DNA of 13,435 nucleotides from a virus (Duplodnaviria; Heunggongvirae; Uroviricota; Caudoviricetes): IMG/VR virus record IMGVR_UViG_2872192773_000002; one strand, 5' to 3'. Shown piece by piece: positions 10,278 to 13,435 of this stretch (position 1 is its first letter; each line of letters starts with the position of its first letter). The notes under the pieces were generated by a model. It saw only the letters and a program-made list of their open reading frames with translations, ran no database searches and was not told where the DNA came from. The position numbers and the translations under genes were made by a program.

Positions 10278-10685
10278 TTATAGATTGCTCTCTGGTTTTT
10301 TCGGCCACTCTGTATTTTTTATATCAACACGCATCAATAGTGCGCGATATTTTTTCCATGCCAGTAACAGTTTCGTTTCATCATCTGTTGCCATATCTAA
10401 ATCAACCGCATCCTGAAGCGGCGCTATTACATTCGTTGCCTCTGCTATCAGTGCAGATTTCTTTTCATTATTTATTAAGGCTAATTGTTCTGGTGTTGGA
10501 GAAGGACGGTCAACAATGACAGGGTGACCATTCTCACCACAGGTAATCATTTTTGTTACACTCTGCGAATTAATCAGTGTTTTCCACTCTGATTCCGAGA
10601 TTTCCACTGCATCATCAGGAATATTGGTGCCGTGAAATTCAGTCGAATAAAATCCGTTTGTCGATGCAGAATAAAAATATGACAT
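10278..10685 (-). CDS. tfa: Tail fibre assembly protein (lambda Tfa-like)
   Basis: ATG at 10685-10683, 4 nt after the tail-fibre stop; 135 aa; begins MSYFYSASTNGFY and ends ...IAPLQDAVDLDMATDDETKLLLAWKKYRALLMRVD...EWP, closely paralleling the C-terminus of lambda Tfa as I recall it. The longer ORF-track version (from 10781) overlaps the tail fibre gene and is not used. Confidence 0.85.
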   Translation of the reverse strand: MSYFYSASTNGFYSTEFHGTNIPDDAVEISESEWKTLINSQSVTKMITCGENGHPVIVDRPSPTPEQLALINNEKKSALIAEATNVIAPLQDAVDLDMATDDETKLLLAWKKYRALLMRVDIKNTEWPKKPESNL

Positions 10686-10689
10686 TTCG

Positions 10690-11202
10690 TTAATATCCCA
10701 TTGCAATGTAATACGCATCAGCAGATGAACCATATCCTGAACCGGGCGACACTGTAATATCAAATCCAGTGTTCTGGACATTTGTCGCCGATACAGTCGG
10801 CTGCCCTGACGCGCCAGTAACGTTCAATGTAACTGTGACAGCAAGGACTCTTGAGAATGTCATCGGGAACCTCATCCCGTATGTTGAAGATACATTAGGG
10901 GAGCCATTCAACTGACCGCACTGTAAAATTAATCCAGACGGAAATTTTTGCGCAGCAGCCGTTGCGGTATTACTTGACGCGAACAGGCTCATATCAGGTA
11001 TCTGATTCGCCCCTGTACCTACATTCCTTTTAGCTGCTTCTCCCAAACCAAGGTTTTCGAGAGCCGTTTTCACCGTGCCATCCGATTTGATATCGCCAAA
11101 CGGATTCTTGCGGCTTAACAGCAGCGCGCGAAGTGCGGTAAGCAACTGATCGTGCCGCCCCTTCTCCAGGCTGGCACCGGATGCCTCCACCACGCTGCAA
11201 AG
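10690..11202 (-). pseudogene. Side tail fibre protein, C-terminal about 170 aa; 5' part replaced by IS600 copy 2
   Basis: Reading frame abuts the IS600 left end at 11203; contains ...[26 protein letters not shown]... typical of lambdoid side-tail-fibre C-terminal regions; directly followed by tfa. Confidence 0.7.
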
Positions 11203-11266
11203 TGAGGTAGCCTGAGTTTAACGGACACTCCTTCCTGAAATAGAATGGCATCAGAAGGAGCTAATA

Positions 11267-11569
11267 ATGAGCAGAAAAACCCAACGTTACTCTAAAGAGT
11301 TCAAAGCCGAAGCTGTCAGAACGGTTCTTGAAAATCAACTTTCGATCAGTGAAGGCGCTTCCCGATTATCTCTTCCTGAAGGCACTTTAGGACAATGGGT
11401 TACCGCCGCCAGAAAAGGGCTCGGTACTCCTGGTTCCCGCACGCTGGCTGAACTGGAATCTGAAATTCTGCAACTGCGTAAGGCGTTAAATGAAGCTCGC
11501 CTTGAGCGCGATATATTAAAAAAAGCAACAGCGTATTTTGCACAGGAGTCGCTGAAAAATACGCGTTAA
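11267..11569 (+). CDS. IS600 OrfA
   Basis: Identical protein to 5422-5724. Confidence 0.92.
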   Translation: MSRKTQRYSKEFKAEAVRTVLENQLSISEGASRLSLPEGTLGQWVTAARKGLGTPGSRTLAELESEILQLRKALNEARLERDILKKATAYFAQESLKNTR

Positions 11570-11604
11570 TCGAACAATGGCGACAACAATTTCCCATTGA
11601 AGCG

Positions 11605-12423
11605 ATGTGTCAGGTATTTGGTGTATCCAGGAGCGGTTATTACAACTGGGTACAGCATGAACCCTCAGACAGAAAACAAAGTGATGAGCGGCTAAAACTG
11701 GAGATTAAGGTGGCACATATCCGCACTCGCGAAACATATGGAACCCGGCGGCTCCAGACGGAGCTGGCAGAGAATGGCATCATCGTTGGTCGTGACCGAC
11801 TGGCACGTCTTCGTAAGGAGCTGAGGCTACGCTGTAAGCAGAAACGCAAGTTCAGAGCGACTACGAACCCGAACCACAATCTGCCTGTTGCGCCAAATCT
11901 GCTGAACCAGACGTTCGCTCCTACAGCACCAAATCAGGTCTGGGTGGCGGACCTGACGTATGTTGCCACACAGGAGGGATGGTTGTACCTCGCTGGTATC
12001 AAAGATGTTTATACGTGCGAAATTGTCGGCTACGCCATGGGAGAGCGCATGACAAAAGAGCTGACAGGTAAAGCCCTGTTTATGGCGCTCAGGAGCCAGC
12101 GCCCACCTGCCGGGCTAATCCACCACTCTGATCGAGGTTCACAGTACTGCGCATACGATTACCGGGTCATACAGGAGCAGTTTGGTCTGAAAACATCAAT
12201 GTCGCGTAAAGGTAACTGTTACGACAACGCTCCGATGGAAAGCTTCTGGGGAACGCTGAAAAATGAGAGCCTGAGCCACTATCGTTTTAATAACCGGGAT
12301 GAAGCCATCTCAGTAATACGGGAATACATTGAGATTTTCTACAATCGTCAGCGTCGTCACTCTCGTCTGGGGAATATCTCCCCGGCAGCCTTCAGGGAAA
12401 AATATCATCAGATGGCTGCTTAA
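11605..12423 (+). CDS. IS600 OrfB transposase catalytic domain
   Basis: As copy 1, with one amino-acid difference (Leu for Pro: ERLKLEIK vs ERLKPEIK). Confidence 0.9.
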   Translation: MCQVFGVSRSGYYNWVQHEPSDRKQSDERLKLEIKVAHIRTRETYGTRRLQTELAENGIIVGRDRLARLRKELRLRCKQKRKFRATTNPNHNLPVAPNLLNQTFAPTAPNQVWVADLTYVATQEGWLYLAGIKDVYTCEIVGYAMGERMTKELTGKALFMALRSQRPPAGLIHHSDRGSQYCAYDYRVIQEQFGLKTSMSRKGNCYDNAPMESFWGTLKNESLSHYRFNNRDEAISVIREYIEIFYNRQRRHSRLGNISPAAFREKYHQMAA

Positions 12424-12466
12424 AAAAAGAACAAATGGTAGTGTCCGCTATTGCCAGTACACCTCA

Positions 12467-13435
12467 TGGCTCGAAGAGAAAGCACATAAGAAATCACTGG
12501 ACGATGACAAAAGCCGGATCGGATTCTGGCTTCAACATTTCGCAGGGATGCAACTAAGAGACATCACTGAATCAAAAATTTATTCAGCAATGCAGAAAAT
12601 GACGAACCGGCGTCATGAGGAAAACTGGAAACTCAGGGCAGAAGCATGCAGAAAAAAAGGGAAACCTGTTCCAGAATACACGCCAAAACCAGCGTCCGTT
12701 GCAACGAAGGCTACGCATCTTTCATTTATAAAGGCCCTACTAAGAGCCGCAGAGCGTGAATGGAAAATGCTGGATAAGGCACCAATTATTAAAGTGCCTC
12801 AACCAAAGAATAAACGGATCCGCTGGCTGGAGCCCCATGAAGCACAAAGGCTGATTGATGAATGTCCGGAGCCATTAAAGTCTGTTGTTGAATTTGCACT
12901 GGCAACAGGCTTAAGACGCTCGAACATCATCAACCTTGAATGGCAACAAATAGATATGCAGCGCCGGGTGGCATGGATAAACCCGGAAGAGAGTAAATCA
13001 AACCGCGCAATTGGCGTTGCGCTGAATGATACTGCATGTCGCGTATTGAAAAAACAAATCGGGAATCATCACCGTTGGGTATTTGTGTACAAGGAAAGCT
13101 GTACCAAACCAGACGGAACGAAAGCGCCAACAGTAAGGAAGATGCGGTATGACGCAAACACAGCCTGGAAAGCGGCGCTGAGACGGGCTGGTATTGATGA
13201 TTTCAGATTTCACGACTTGAGACACACCTGGGCAAGTTGGCTGGTTCAAGCCGGAGTCCCGTTGTCAGTGTTACAGGAAATGGGAGGCTGGGAGTCTATC
13301 GAAATGGTTCGTCGATATGCTCACCTTGCACCTAATCACCTTACCGAACACGCACGGCAAATAGACTCGATCCTGAACCCATCGGTCCCAAATTTGTCCC
13401 AGTCAAAAAATAAGGAAGGTACTAATGATGTGTAA
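12467..13435 (+). CDS. int: P22/Sf-phage-family tyrosine integrase (thrW-targeting type), N-terminal arm-binding region missing
   Basis: From the IS600 boundary the frame reads [42 protein letters not shown]...[56 protein letters not shown]...KNKEGTNDV, which I recognise as P22-type Int (catalytic domain complete). The open frame extends back into IS600 to a TTG at 12329; the native start is absent. Stop TAA is the last three bases of the window. Confidence 0.85.
   Translation, partial: WLEEKAHKKSLDDDKSRIGFWLQHFAGMQLRDITESKIYSAMQKMTNRRHEENWKLRAEACRKKGKPVPEYTPKPASVATKATHLSFIKALLRAAEREWKMLDKAPIIKVPQPKNKRIRWLEPHEAQRLIDECPEPLKSVVEFALATGLRRSNIINLEWQQIDMQRRVAWINPEESKSNRAIGVALNDTACRVLKKQIGNHHRWVFVYKESCTKPDGTKAPTVRKMRYDANTAWKAALRRAGIDDFRFHDLRHTWASWLVQAGVPLSVLQEMGGWESIEMVRRYAHLAPNHLTEHARQIDSILNPSVPNLSQSKNKEGTNDV

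Larger units (their letters stand above)
11203..12466 (+). mobile_element. IS600 (IS3 family) copy 2, 1264 bp, direct repeat of copy 1
   Basis: Identical in length and ends to 5358-6621; by eye it differs from copy 1 at four single bases (11509, 11695, 11886, 11997). Confidence 0.95.

Noticed and set aside
10244..10519. Plus-strand 91-aa ORF overlapping tfa
   Set aside because: Antisense to a well-supported Tfa gene.
12930..13249. Minus-strand ORFs inside the integrase gene
   Set aside because: Antisense to the integrase catalytic domain.

Overview
This window is an IS-saturated prophage-remnant region of the kind found in Shigella/E. coli chromosomes; I see no support for a novel system. 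Five IS3-family insertion sequences (IS2 307-1637; IS911 1994-3242; IS629 4008-5313; IS600 twice, 5358-6621 and 11203-12466) are interleaved with fragments of lambdoid/P22-like prophage genes. The one intact cargo is a gtrA-gtrB-gtr(type-specific) O-antigen glucosylation (serotype-conversion) operon at 7242-10044. It sits beside a 46-nt copy of the 3' end of tRNA-Thr (thrW), the P22/Sf-phage att core, with an integrase C-terminal fragment on the other side of the core. A tail-fibre C-terminal fragment plus an intact lambda-like tail fibre assembly gene converge on the gtr operon, and an N-terminally truncated P22-family integrase lies after the second IS600. The left third holds IS2, IS911 and a frameshifted IS629 cutting into an Xis-like gene and small phage ORFs. 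All identifications come from reading the translations and IS end sequences against remembered family sequences; nothing was searched or computed.
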